A stretch of DNA of 64,000 nt from the human T2T-CHM13v2.0 reference genome, Homo sapiens: NCBI RefSeq assembly GCF_009914755.1, contig NC_060939.1. One strand, 5' to 3'. Made by a program: the position numbers and the translations under genes. Below, one piece after another: positions 34,575 to 56,600 of this stretch. The notes under the pieces are model-generated. The model saw only the letters and a list, made by a program, of their open reading frames with translations, was not told the origin of the DNA and searched no databases. Numbering within the stretch: the stretch's first letter is position 1; the number at the start of each line of letters is the position of its first letter.

Positions 34575-35047
34575 CTGGTAGGCTGAATAATGCCTCCCCA
34601 AATGTCCACCCGTTAATCCCCGGAAAGTGTGACTGTTACCTTAGGTGGCAAAAGGGACTTTGAAGCTGCGATTAGATTAAGGATCTTGAGATGAAGAGAT
34701 TATCTTGGTTTATCTGGGTGAGCCCAATGTGATCACAGGGTCCTTATAAGAAGGAGAGGGAGGAGATCAAAGTGGGTGGTTGGAGAAGGCCATGTGACCA
34801 CGGAAGCAGAGACTGGAGTGATGTAGCCGTGAGCCAAAGAACACTGGCAGCCACCGGGAGCTGGAAGAGGCAAGGAACAGACTCTCCCTTGGATCCTACA
34901 GAAAAAAACAGCTTTATCCACACCCTGATTTTAGCCTGGTAAGGCTTATTTCAGACTTCTGAACTCCAGAACTGTAAGATAATACATCCGTGTTGCAAGC
35001 TACTAAGTATATGGCCATTTGTTACAGCAGCCAAGGAAACTAATACA
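34575..35047 (+). mobile_element. MaLR LTR (MLT1C/D-like)
   Basis: tggtaggctgaataatgcc...aaaagggactttg...ttaaggatcttgagatg...ccagaactgtaaga...ggaaactaataca. Confidence 0.85.
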
Positions 35048-35199
35048 ATGATACACCTGGTATTGTATACCATGGCCTCTCATGATCCAAAAGGCCCAAT
35101 GTGAAGCTGGTATGATTTCAGGAACACCCAGAGTACCAGTACACCAAATCTTCATCCCTGTGTCTGAAGTTCCATCACCAGAGCTAACAATAACAAAGG

Positions 35200-35374
35200 C
35201 TTTTTTTTTTTTTTTTTTTTGAGATGGAGTATCACCATGTTGCCCGGGCTAGAGTGCAGTGGCTATTCTCAAACACAATCATATTGTACCACAGACTTGA
35301 ACTCCTGGCTCAAGTAATCATCCCGCTGCAGCCTCCCAGGTAACTAGGATTAGAGGTGCATGCACTGTGCCAGG
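35200..35374 (-). mobile_element. FAM (fossil Alu monomer)
   Basis: Monomer retaining the 7SL-derived gaatagccactgcactc segment; T tail. Confidence 0.75.
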
Positions 35375-35579
35375 CAATAATGGCAAACATTTAACGAGTG
35401 CTTGTTTGTGGTAACAAAAAAGCCTAGTAAAGGCTGTTGCCCTTCAGTAGAGAGGTTCTCAGCTCTGATTATTAATTAGAATTCTCTGAGAGTACTAAAA
35501 ATACAGGCAGCAAAGTCCCATCCAGAAGTTTCTGGGTCAAAATCCCAGAGGTAGAACCTGGGTTTCTGTATCTTTCTTC

Positions 35580-35850
35580 GTTTTTGTTTTTGAGAAAGGG
35601 TCTTCTTCTGTCACCCAGGCTGTAGTGCAGTGGCATGATCGTGGCTCACTGCGGCCTTAACCTCCCAGGCTCAAGCAATCCTCCTGCTTTGGCCTCCTGA
35701 GTACCTGGGACCACAGGTGTGTGCCACCATGCCTGGCTAATTTTTTTATTTTTATTTTCTGTAGAGACAGGTTTTTCCATGTTGCCCACGCTGATCTCGA
35801 ACTCCTGGGCTCAAGTGATCTGCCTGCTTTGGCCTCCCAAATTGCTGGTA
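35580..35850 (-). mobile_element. AluJ-like inside a MER5-like element
   Basis: Alu body; flanks agagaggttctc...cagatgatttta. Confidence 0.8.
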
Positions 35851-36062
35851 TTCTATATCTTTTAAGTGCTTCACAGATGATTTTAATGTGCCCAAAGTTG
35901 TGTCAAAGCATAATTTTCAAAAATTTAAAAGACATAACTCTTACACAAACATATAGTGAACACAAGTGAAAGATTTTTTTAACTCATGAATGAGGGAACC
36001 CAGCAGAATGGCAAAGCTGGTTCAAAGGAAGATATTAGAAATTGAAGTAAGGTCAGTGAAAA

Positions 36063-36121
36063 AAGAATGCTGGCTACTTAAGATGGCAAGTAAGAATGCT
36101 GGTTACTTAAGATAGCTAAGT
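36063..36121 (+). repeat. 29-bp tandem duplication
   Basis: aagaatgctgg.tacttaagat.gc.aagt x2. Confidence 0.85.
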
Positions 36122-36704
36122 AACATACAAAACTGGTTAATGTCCTGCAGGACAACCAAATCACAACCTTCAGGGTTATTTTTTTGAAGTATATAGAAAT
36201 TAATTGCAACATCAATTTTCTACAGTTAACATCAGTTTTTACAAAGTCTGGCCACTAATCAACAGTAAATAGTAAGTCAGACATACTCTAAGGAGACTTT
36301 TAAAGGGCACATAATACTCCTTTTGCTTTATTTCCTAGTTTTGGATAATTTCTCTGCGTTAGGGCAAGTGGTGGTCCCTGTTAAAATGCAGGTTCCCTTG
36401 GATCAGAAATGCTTCCCACTGATTTTAGGAGTCCATTCATGCCTTTATTAGTCTGATAGACATTCCTAGAGCACCTACTGAGCACAGGGCCCTCGGGGGG
36501 CTATGGTGATGAATAGGACACTGCTGCTGCCCTCACTTGTGGTATCTAGGAGAAGGGCACAGACACAGATAATCCACACATGAGCCAGCAGGTCTGTACA
36601 AAGTGAAGTGCCCTGGGATTTAAGAGAGAAAAAAAAAAAATCTATGGAAGGGGAAAAGGGGAAGGTGCCAGTGGACCTGGGCTTAAAAGAATGGTAATAT
36701 TTCT

Positions 36705-37030
<326 letters not shown>

Positions 37031-37711
37031 TAAGATTTCAATAGGAGAACATGGGAATGAAAAGCACTCTAGGGGGGAAGGCATGGGCAAAGCCTTAGAG
37101 GCAGGAAAGCAGCAAACATGTTTAGAGGAATGGTGAGCAGCCTAACTTGATGATGCAAAGAGCTTGCTTAGTGAGAGAATGAGGTAGGACAAATAGTCAA
37201 AAATGGGATCCCAGAGTAGCTTGAATGCCAAGCTAAGGGATCTGGACTTTATCCAGTTGAAAACCAACAACTCTTGCTGGTTTGGGGACACAGATGGGCA
37301 TGTTTAGCTTGTGGAGAAGGGACTGGATGGGCCTACAGGGCATGGAGGGAAGAGTCCCCATGCCCCATGACAAGAGCTTTGAACATCTCTGGGTGCAACC
37401 TGACTTTCATTTGGATCCTGCCTTTCTCTCACCTGAATAGAAGCCCTTCAGGTTTATCCCCTTTGAAATGCACTGCAAGTTTTGAGACCAGCAGAGGCAG
37501 GGGTGGAGAAGGGCCTGTGGCATGTTGCCATAGGGTGTTTGGGAAGAGAGACCCCCTTCCTCTCAGGCTTCCAAGTGCTGGACCAGGTCCCAGAGAGGCC
37601 ATCACCCTATCAGGTCTTCTCCCTCTCCCTCATATAGGAGGCACTGCTTTGCCAGCCCCGCCCCTCAGACACTCCTAGCCAAGCCATCCAGGGGCGGAGC
37701 ATGGGATCTGA

Positions 37712-38537
<826 letters not shown>

Positions 38538-39030
38538 TCTGCACTTTCTTGCCATGTAACTTCAGCAGCATGAGCCTCCAATTTCTCAGATGTAAAACAG
38601 AAATAATAATAGTACCTCCCTCCTCATGTTGACACAGGAGCACATGCAGTAATGCCTGAGAACACCAACACTAAGCCTGGCCCACAGTATGTGCTCAGGC
38701 ATGGGGCTGGGGGTGTCAGCAATAAGCCCCACCTGCTCTTTGGAATCTTTTTTGCCTTGGTAGATTTTGGAGAGGAAGAAATCTTGGGAAGAAGGACACC
38801 TGGGTTTTGGTCTTTTGTCAGGGAAGGAATCCAGTGTTTCACCTTGGGCAAGTCCCTGCCCTTGGGGGGACTTCAACTTCCTCCTTTGTGAAATATTGAG
38901 ACATAGGTGGGTGATGTGGGCTAGGCTGAAGATCTGTGGGCTTTTTCAGCCCCCGGATTCATTTTATTCATGTCTGCATGCTGAGGGTTTACTGAGCCCC
39001 TACTATTGTCAGCCCTTGTGCTGGGCAATG

Positions 39031-39078
39031 GGACACAGCCAAGAACAAGGCGGACACAGCCAAGAACAAGGAGGACAC
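39031..39078 (+). repeat. 21-bp tandem repeat (2.3 copies)
   Basis: ggacacagccaagaacaagg(c/a) x2 + ggacac. Confidence 0.9.
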
Positions 39079-40110
39079 CATCTTTACCCACGAGGGCCAA
39101 GGCTACCTCCCAGGTCCCACTATGCTCTCATTTTCAGAGCCACTGGGAAGGCCTGGTGTGGGCACCTTATGCGGGTTCTCAGGGAATGAGCACTCAACTC
39201 GGTGCCAGGCCAGCACCAGGTGCTGAGGCTGCACAGGGCCCTGCCCTTGAGGGCACACAGTCCGGTGGTGAGGGGGGTACAGAGTTGTATGGGAATGTGG
39301 AGGAGAGAACCACACCTCCATTTGGATGGGTCAGGAAAGACTTCACAGAACAGAGCCCTGTAATGGGTGGTTTTCCAGTATAAGAGGGAGAGGGTGTTCC
39401 AGGCAGACGTAACAGCAGACACAGGGCCTGGAGGTGTTCCCTGCACGGGAGGAGCTGGAGACTGGTAAATAGAGAGGCAGGCAGAAAACCCTGAATGGCC
39501 CATGCTGTGGAATTTGGACTTTATCCTGCAGACTATGAGGATAGAGATATTTAAGAAAGGGTGTCAGGTGACCCTATTTACTCTGGAGGACGGTCACTCT
39601 GGCTGAAGTGTGGAGGATGGGTTGGCTGAGGCAGGAATAGAGGCAGGGCAGCTGGTGCCCACACAGGAGAAACCAGAGGACCACGGGGATCAGTGGTGGC
39701 AGCCGGGATGGGAGGAGGGATCATGTGAGGTGGAAGGCCAGGGCTTGGTTGTGGGTTGGATATGGGCCAGGGGAGTCTAAGAGGCCTCCAGGATGCTGGC
39801 TAGAGCACAGGGAGGTTGGTGGGGTTGGTCACTGAGGTAGGGAAGAGGAAGTGGAGCAGGGCGGGGCAGAGGCCTGGAGATGACGCATATGTTTGCAACA
39901 GGGGATCTCAGGAGGAGAGGCCCTGCAGGCACCTGGCTACCTGGGCCTGAAGAGGAGCAGGGGAGATGAGTTTTGTGGGAGTTGACAGCGGCCAGGTGAG
40001 AAGGGAACACAGGCATAAAGGACTGAGTGCAGGGAGGCCATTTGAATGAGAAAACAGAGGACTGAGGCAGAACTCCAAGGGCCACCACCACTTTAAAAAT
40101 CTGTTTTCTT

Positions 40111-40455
40111 GGCTGGGTGCAGTGGCTCATGCCTGTAATCGCAGCACTTTGGGAGGCCAAGGCGGGCTGATCTCTTGAGGTCAGGAGTTTGAGACCAGCC
40201 TGGCCAACATGGTGAAACCCCATCTCTACTAAAAATACAAAAATTAGCTGGGGATGGTGGCGCTCACCTGTAATTCCAGCTACTCAAGAGCTGGGAGTGG
40301 TGGCACTCACCTGTAATTCCAGCTACTCAAGAGGATGAGGTGGGAGGATCGCTTGAACCCAGGAGGCAGAAGCTGAATTGAGCCAAGATCCTGCCACTGC
40401 CCTCAAGCCTGGGCAACAGAGCAAGACTCCATAAAAAATAATAATAATAATAATG
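40111..40455 (+). mobile_element. Alu with an internal 43-bp tandem duplication (40246-40331)
   Basis: agctgg..tggtggc.ctcacctgtaattccagctactcaag occurs twice. Confidence 0.92.
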
Positions 40456-40564
40456 TTTTCTTCTGATTGTAAGAGTAATATATGCTCATTGCAAAAAATT
40501 GTGTCCAGCTTTTTGGCATCACTCCTTGTTGGCAAAGATATTGTTTATTCATTCAATACACTCA

Positions 40565-46702
<6,138 letters not shown>

Positions 46703-46704
46703 CT

Positions 46705-46854
46705 ATTTTTTTTTTTTTTTAATTTTTATTTTATCTTTAGAGATGAGGTCTCGCTTTGTTGCCCAGGCTAGTGTCAAACTCCTGGGCTCAAGCGACCCTC
46801 CCACCCTGGACTCCCAAAGTGCTGGGACTACAGGAGTGAGCCACCACACCCAGG
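46705..46854 (-). mobile_element. FLAM (free left Alu monomer) whose A tail hosts the L1
   Basis: Single left-arm monomer. TSD tacactca at 46856-46863 and 40557-40564. Confidence 0.85.
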
Positions 46855-46895
46855 TTACACTCAGCTGAAGGCCTACTATGTGCTGGGTATAGTGC

Positions 46896-47014
46896 TGTTG
46901 AGGGCAGCGGCTGCCATCATGCGGGCTGCAGCAGGGAGGCTTGGCTGGGGCTGCACACTCCATGGAGCTGGTGGGAGCTCCCCAGGTGCCACTGCTGCCG
47001 CCTGCCCAAACCGG
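46896..47014 (+). mobile_element. Truncated MER52-like LTR 5' fragment
   Basis: TG start; gcggctgccatc..ggctgcagc..ggggctgcacactccatggagc resembles the MER52 5' end. Ends abruptly at the inferred inversion breakpoint. Confidence 0.55.
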
Positions 47015-47173
47015 GGCACCTGTAGAATCAGCTAGCTACTCAGGAGGCTGAGGTGGCAGGATGGCTTGAACCCAGGAGGTAGAGGCTGCAGTAAGCTGTG
47101 ATTTTGCCACTACACTCCAGCCTGGGCAACAGAGTGAGATTTTGTCTCAAAAAAAAAAAGTAAAGAAAAAAAG
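47015..47173 (+). mobile_element. Right arm of a split Alu
   Basis: Starts mid-Alu at ggcacctgtag and ends in an A tail followed by TSD agaaaatccagcc. Confidence 0.9.
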
Positions 47174-48270
47174 AGAAAATCCAGCCAGCTTCACCATTAC
47201 TGTGACATCTGAGGCTGGAGAAAATGATGAAACTGTCCAGACTACCCTCAAGTTTACAGACAAGGAGAAATACCCAGATAAAGCTTGCCTTTATGAAGTA
47301 TTCTCAGAAAATCTAGAAGATAATGTCTCAGACATTTAAAAAATCTTAGCATTACAGGCTGAAGAAAATCTTGGTATGGTGATTATCTTTAGTGACAGTT
47401 GTGCAAGAAAAATTAAATGAAATAGATCAGATAAAAAAACTAGAAGAGAAGAAAAAAAAAGAAACAAAAAATCCAAATAAGCTGAAAAGCAATTATTCTA
47501 TGGTATTCCTGTTATAATTGAGAATGTCTTAAACTGGAAGGCTGAGTTTGCTGCAGAAGGCTTGGAAATTAAAAAGAAATGGATGGAAGAGGAACAAGCA
47601 GGAAAAAATAAATTAAGTGGGAAACAGCTACTTGAAACAGATCCAAATCTTGACACATCTGATATCCAGTTCTTGGAGGATGCTGGAAACAATGTGCAGG
47701 TAATTGAGTCTTTGTTCCAGGAAATGGATGACCTGGAGCCGGGGGATGAGGAGGATGATCCAGACTCCAAACCTGCTGACCCAGAGAGAGACTCCACTGA
47801 CCAGAGGACTGTCCCCATCTGCAGAGAAGCTCAACTGCCACAGCATCCTGGCTATGCTCAGAGGGTTTTGATTTTCCTTTCCTTTTCTCCAAGAAGAAAT
47901 AATTATAAGGAGAATTTTTTTTTTTTTTTTGAGACAGGGTCTCGCTCTGTCACCCAGGCTGGAGTGCAGTGGTGTGATCATAGTTCATTGCAGCCTCAAC
48001 TTCCCGGGCTCATGTGAGCCTTCCAAGTAGCTGGGACTACAAGTGTGCACCACCACTTCTGGTTAATATCTAAAATTCCTTATAGAGACAAGGTCTCTCT
48101 ATGGCTGGTCTCAAACTCCTGGTCTCAAACAATCCTCTGACCTCAGCCTCCCAAAATGCTGTTATTACAGGCATGAGCCACCATGCCAAGCTGGGAATAT
48201 TCTTCTGATAGCTTTCATTGTTGAACTTAATAAACTGACTTAAAATTTCAAATCAGAGAAGAAGAAACAA
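47174..48270 (+). pseudogene. RWDD1: RWDD1 processed pseudogene, 3' part (codons ~28-243, 3'UTR, AATAAA at 48229-48234, decayed A tail); 3'UTR interrupted by an Alu at ~47915-48192 (-)
   Basis: ENPASFTITVTSEAGENDETVQTTLKFT... and KNKLSGKQLLETDPNLDTSDIQFLEDAGNNV... match recalled RWDD1. Intronless, with stops and frameshifts. Confidence 0.93.
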
Positions 48271-48938
48271 TGTATGAAATGATCACTCTAGGGAATGGTA
48301 AGATTTCCTAAAGCAGTTTGAGGTTCGTTTGGCAGTGTTGAGTGCCTAGTTGAGGTTTAGGGTCATAAACTTGAAGTGCGATAGTTGGGGGTGGAGCGTC
48401 TCTGGGAAGAAAAAGGTGGAAATACTTCCCTTCTAGTTGGCTAGTTGGGTTCCTCTGCATTTGGAGGCCTGCCTTGATTCTTCTTTGGCTGAGAGGATCT
48501 TCAGCTGTGGTCCTTTGGCTCCTTAGATGCTTCTTGGTGGTGAGGGGCCACCAGGGAGTAGGGTAGCATGAGAATACAGGAATGGACAGAGCTGGGACTA
48601 CCAGGAATTCAGAAGAGCAGCTGGTAGCAACACACCAGATAGCTTTAGGGAGAGATATTGATGATGGGACAAGGGGCTGGGTGAATTTGAGGTGTTGGCC
48701 TTGGATATTGGCATTGGGTTGGTGATGATGGAGTGGAGACAATATGATATTGGTATTGGACTGTTGTTGGCTTTAGGGTATTGAGGAGCCAAGGATTGTC
48801 ATGGATGCTCAGAGCATGGTGCAAACCTGAGGGAGCCCAAGAAGGGCTGCCACCATGAGGGACAACTAAAATAAAGTTGTTGGAAAGATCAGTAGAATGA
48901 AGCTCAGCCAAATCTGTAGAGACAGAACAGATCAGTGG

Positions 48939-49520
<582 letters not shown>

Positions 49521-49524
49521 CCTC

Positions 49525-51460
49525 CATTCTCTTTTCTTGAAACTTCAATACCTTCTCCCTGCCCCAACACAGACACCCTTAACTGATGACCTCAGCATCT
49601 CCCCTGCCTATTCCACCATCGCACTGTATTTAAACCTACAGCCCCACCTTCCTTCCTGCCACATGAGATGAAATGTCTGTCCTGACTTCCATCTCAGGTC
49701 AGCCCCACCTGGGCCTCTTTAAGGATCTCGCTTCTGCAGTTATCGCCTCTCTTCCCACACTGTCCATCTCCCTTTCTCTGCAGGACCACTCTCATCCGTG
49801 CCTAAACATCCTCTTAGGAAACCTTAGCGTGGCCCCACATTAACCCATTTCTCTTTTCCTTTTCCCGGCACATCTCCAAGGAGTTGTCTATATTTGGTGT
49901 CCCCACTCTTCTGTTTTACTGCCCATTCTTTCCTCACCCCATTGTGGCATTTTGAATAGGTGCTTGTAACATAGTACAAAAGAAGCACATGATGAAAAGT
50001 AAGCTTATCTCCACTCCTGGTCCCAGCCACCTGGTTTCCCTCCCCAGAGCCAACTGATGTTACTCATTTCTTGGTGTCCTTGGTATATAAGTAAACGCCT
50101 CTGTCCACTCTAATGGGGCTCTTCTATCCATGCTGACTCTAAAAAGGCCCTTCTCAGAGTCACAAGTGACCTCTACCAGCCCAGAGCTACAGATCACTTC
50201 TCTGTCTTCATCTTACTCAAATTCCCAGCAGCATTTGACATGGTGACTAATTCCACCAGCTTCTCCTTCGTCTCCAGCCGTTTTTCCTAGTCTCATCTGC
50301 TGGCTTCTCCTCCTCCATCAGTTCTCTAAAGGGTAGCATGCCCAGGGCTCAGTCTTCTCTCTTATCCATTCCTAACTGTTCTCTGTTCTCAGTCCTGTAG
50401 CTTCAACACTTTCTATGTGCTGACGACCCTCACATTTAAATAAATCTCCAATCCGTCTCTAAACTCACATCCAACTTCCTAAATATTATTCCTCATGGAT
50501 AGTTAATGGCATCTCAAACCTAAAGAAATACTAGTTTTTTCAGCCAGTCGCAGTGGCTCACACCTGTAATCCCAGCACTTTGGGAGGCCGAGGTGGGTGA
50601 ATAGCCTGAGGTCAGGAGTTCAAGACCAGCTTGGCCAACGTGGTGAAACCCCGTCTCTACTAAAAATACAAAAATTAGCCTGGCTGATGGTACACTCTGT
50701 AATCTGTAATTAATCTGTAATCTCAGCTACTCGGGAGGCTGAGGCACGAGAATCACTTGAACGCAGAAGGCAGAGATTGCAGTGAGCTGAGATTGTGCCA
50801 CTGCACTCCAGCCTGGGTGACAGAGCGAGACTCTGTCTCAAAAAGAAAAAAAAAAAAGAAAGACATACTAGTTTTCTCCTCCAAATGATGCCACCATTCA
50901 CCCACTTGCTCAGACAACTGAGCTCAACCCTTGCACGAGCATCCAATTCATCAGAAGGACTCATCAGCTCCCTTTGCAGGATATATCCTAAATCTAGCCT
51001 CTTCTTACACCTCCACAACTGCCCCCAGTCAAGCCACCATTGTCTGTCAAATGGAATACAACAGCTTCTTCCCCAAACTGCCACAGTTCAGCCAGGGTGA
51101 GCTTTGACAATATCACTCCTCTGCTTGAGACACAGCTTATTCTACCACCTTACCATGGCCCTGCATGGTCTACCCCCTCCTCCAGACCCCCACCCTGTCT
51201 CACTCCACTCCCCCACTTTCCTGGAATGTGGTGACACATGCTGTCGGCCCCTTAGTGGTCCTTCTCTTTGGAACGCCCTTCCTCTAGACCTTCAGGGGCT
51301 GCCTCCTTCTCATGAAATCTCATGTTTATGCCCCATAACCTGTGCTTGGAATGCAAGCTCCTTGAGAACAAGGCCTCTGATTTGCTTCATACTCTTTATC
51401 CCCAGTACCTAGGATCAATGCATGGCACATGGTAAGAGCTTAATCAACATTTGCTGATTG
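49525..51460 (+). mobile_element. L2 (LINE-2) fragments interrupted by an AluS (50542-50858 +)
   Basis: L2 motifs ctgatgacct, cagcagcatttgaca, ggcatctcaaac, and 3' end ctt.at.aa.atttgctga. Alu TSD atactagtttt. Confidence 0.75.
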
Positions 51461-52776
51461 ACTCCTGAAATGAAAGAGCAAGCTGATAAGGATAAGGTCT
51501 GTAAGGGCTGGGAATTCTTCCTAGCATAATCATAATCATCTGTGGTCTCTTTAGAGTTTTTTTTTTTTAAGTTCTCAAACACAGCCCTCTCCATCAATCC
51601 TGCCTAACTTAACAACTGAGACTCGGCCGAGGTCAGAAAGGTAGTCCTATTTAACTTCTACCTCCACTGTCTTTACACCGAAAACCCTGTAAAATTGTCA
51701 TTCAGCTACATTGTACCCAGGCTAATAAGTATAGAGCCTTCTCTCCCTGTATTCCTTACCTTACCCCCACCCCGCCACCCCCTGTCTTTCCCCTGGGGTA
51801 TCAAGGGGAGACAAGCTGGCTTCGCATCAGACCTAGGAGAAGTGGGAAGGGCTTGCGCACTAACTTATCTCCCTATGGGGAGATGTAAAATTTGCCCATA
51901 AATAAAACATTTTATTATTTAGCTTGAACATTAAATTTCATCGGCATGCAGCGTGTGTTTTATTATCTGTGCCAGACACTAACATGTACTTAAAAATGAA
52001 ATTCTGGAACGCTGCCCTGGCTTGCAGAATGCTAGTAAAGAAATTCTAATATGGTCTTGGAGAGATGCTCCAGACCTTGCCTTCCAAAATGGCACGGGCA
52101 ATCAGCATTTTTACATTCATGTAGCACTTTGCAGTGGTGGTAAAGATGCTCTAATTGTGCCTCTAGCTGCTTCTATACTGCTGCTTCTAATCTATTGCAG
52201 GCTGGAAAATAACACACTGTAGCCAAAGATGTTGCAATTGTGTCCAAAGTAAGCATTAGTATACCCTAAATGAGTGTGGAGGGAATTATATGAGAAAGGT
52301 ACAGAGAATTTGTGATAGCTGTTCTCCAATCCACCAGACTTTTTTTTTCTTCTTCTTCTTGTTATTTTTTACTTGCTGCTCCTTTGTTCTTGGCTGTGCT
52401 CCAGAGAAACTCTTCTCAAATGTTAATGTGCACATGGAGCACCTGGGGATCTTGTTAACATGAGTCTGATTCAATAGTCCTGGGGTGGAGCTTAGGTCTA
52501 ATGAACTCTCAGGTGGTGCTGCTGGTCATCAGACCACCCTTTGAGTAGCCAGACTCTAGGACTGCAGCATTCAATAAGATGCCATCAACCGCATGTGGCT
52601 ATTTAACTTAATTCAAATTAAACTAAATGTAAAGATGCAGTTCCTCGGTTGCACTAGCCATATTTCAAGTACTCAATTGCCACATGTGGCTGGTGGCTAT
52701 TCTATTGATGGCTCAGAGATAGAACATTCCCATCCCATGCAGAAAGATATACAGGAGGCTGGGCGCAGTGGCTCAC

Positions 52777-53613
<837 letters not shown>

Positions 53614-56600
53614 TTACTTTGACGTTTTCCACTTCCTCCTGTCCAGACCCACCAACATGGGTACATCTTTGTCAGTAATGACCGCGGCCATCACTTCTGG
53701 GATGTGCAGACGACATGGAGGAACTGCCCCTTTGCTGCTTCTTTGTCCACTTCCTGGTAACTTGGTGCAGGGGGGACGTTTACAACCCAGACCCCACAGT
53801 CCCTTCCCCCTTCCCTCTGTACTTTAGTTAGAGGGTCTGGAATGTGGCTGGGGAGCTTTGCAGGAGAGTCCAGGGAACCCAAAGCCCTTTGTCTGCTGTT
53901 TCCACTTCTGTGGGCATCTTCATTACATGGGGAGATGGAGAGAAGGGAAATTACCGGAGAATTGAGTTGATTCTGCACACATTGGAGCAATAAAGAAATG
54001 AGACCCAGCTCCCTCCTCTCAAACTGATCCCAGCAGTTGCTGCAACAATTCACGGCAAAAAGTTCTCCAGCTGGGGAAGGAGGGAGGGCGGAGAGACATT
54101 TTCCAAGAATGCCTTTCATGTGGACTCAGAGCTGTCATTTTCCTGGCAATTCTGTGAACCGGGACCTGGGGCGATTTCCCAAAGTGCAGTTGGTGTGCAT
54201 GTGGCCTGCTCTAGAAATCGCATAACCAAGAGGCACACTACTGGGGGGCCCGGGAAATGCCTGCCTCACCACCCTCAGAGTTCATGGCCCAGCAGGGCTG
54301 GAAGGCACCAGAGGACCAGCACAGCTCACTGTTTGGGTGGAGAACTTTTTGCCCCCAGCTAAACTGTGAGGGGCTGGCCTGGAGCTGAACCCAGGCAGCC
54401 TCCTTTCTTGGGCAAGGGCTCTGCTAATTCATATTGAAATAACTCTTCTGTCTGTAAATTTATACGCAAGGCTGATGCTGTCTGTCCCAAATAACCAGGT
54501 TAATCCTTCAACCAATTAGTAGACATGTAGGTGGCAACACAGATGGAAAGGATCCTGGGGTGTGAGTCAGAAGAACTGGAATCAGTCTGCCTCTGGCCCT
54601 TGCCACTGTGTGACTTTGAGCACGTCTCCTTTCTTCTCTAGGCCTCAGTTTACTTATCTGTAAAAGAAGGCTAATATCTATTTTTCAGAGTTGTTCAGCA
54701 TTTGGTACACAGTACCAGGTGCTCAACAAATGCTGATGTAACCATTTCATACTTACTAGGTGCTGGGCCCTGGGCAAGGCAGTGGGGGAGATTGTGACAC
54801 AGTTCCTGTCCTCATGAGGTTGACTATGTGGAGAGGGAGACAGATACTAATCAAAGATTCATATGAAAAAGTATAAAATAACTGTCACAGATGCATCAAA
54901 GAGGGTTACAAAATGTAACATGAATCTGTAATGGGGGAACTGACCTAGTCTGGGAGGCTGACTTCCCTGTGCATGTGATAATTGAGCTGAGAGCTCAGAA
55001 GTGATGGGGGTTAACTGGGCACAGCATGTGCAAAGGTCCTGTGGCACGAGAGTGCTTGGCAGTATACAAGGGACAGAAAGAGGATGGGTGTGGCAGGATG
55101 GCAGGCAGTCAGGAGACATATAGAGAAAAGAGAGACTGGAAAGGAAGTTGAGATAAAACTGTTCATAGGGGCCTAGCATTGTCCTAGATTGTGGAGAACA
55201 AACCAATTATAAACACCTCTGACCTCAGGGAGTTTACATTCTGCTGAAATGGGATGATAACTGTGAAGTGTCCTTTCAGTATTCTTTGGTATGTTGAATC
55301 TATTATTGTATCTTGGGCCGTGACCTGTAAGAAATTAAGATAGTGCCAAAGTTGTCCAGTTGGAATTTCTAAAACACTGACCTCTTGCACACAAACACAT
55401 AGTTCATCTGGAGGGAACCAAAAGGGGATCAGACCCAGCTTCCCAAAGAGGTCCAGGGATGTTATGGGAGAATGAGTCTAGTCTGACCAGAAATGTCCCT
55501 TTTCTGCAAAAATGCCCTGCCCTCTCCACACTGACCACTGGCTCTTGAAAGAGAAGCTGGAATGTTCATGTGAATCACATCCATTTACCTTCTGACTCCA
55601 CAAATGGTTTGCATTAGGAGACCATAGGGCTTTTCTGCCTTCATTCTTTCCAGATGAGGGTAGAGCCGCGGGCGTAATAGGCTGAATGAATGGGGTGATG
55701 GATGCCTCCAGTCAATCCCAGGAAGCCTTCTGCTGGAGTCAGTGAGAAGTGCCTCAACCTCACCCACTTAGAATGGCTCAGCCCAAGAACCAGAAACCCC
55801 TGAGCAGGAAAGGGGAAGCCATATTCACGGTAGTGGGTGTGCCTTTGTTCTTACCCTAGGTGCGGTGGCTCAATTTCCTGACCTGCTCCATGGAAGGTGA
55901 CCTAATGGTGGTGACTGCGGGAGGAGCAGCAGCAATAGCAGGAGTGGTACTCAAGTTCTGGATGGCTATCATAATGGAAATAAATCTTAGTCCACACACT
56001 CTTCATTAACCTGTAAGTAAACTAAATGTCACTGGTGAGCCCCATTCCAGAAGGTGGTAGAAATGTAATCGTAGTCAATTTGGGATTCCGCTTCACTTTT
56101 ACCTGGGATTGCATGTAAACTCTGGGAAGATTTATGGAGAGTTTAAGGGGGTTGGGGGTGGATGTTAGGAACCTGTTAAGAGAATAGATTCTGGAACCAG
56201 GCTGTCTGGGTTCAAATCCCAGCCATGCTTCTTGCTGGCCCTGGGACCTTAGGTAAGTCATTTATCCTCCTAATGGCTTCAATTTTCTCATCTGTAAAAT
56301 GGGGAGAAAAATAGTGCCTCCTGTAATGGGTTGTTGTGAGGACTAACTGAGGTACTACAAGTGTAGTGCTGTGGAATGAATGCTACATGTAATAAATATT
56401 TGCTTCTCTTAATATGGGGGTTTGACATTGTTATCCTCCCCGAAGCCCAGTGGTCTGGCCTCTGGGTTCCCAGGACACAGGGTCCACATCCAGCCCATTC
56501 TTGAGCATACAGGACCATAAGACGGAGCCAGCATCAAGCAGGACCCAGAGCTTGGGGAATGCCCTCTAGGACACCAGTCAGCCTGGACAGCCCACAGTGA

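Noticed and set aside
47562-48017. 151-aa ORF as a functional RWDD1 paralogue
   Set aside because: TTG start, upstream stops and frameshifts, lost parental stop, and it runs into an Alu.
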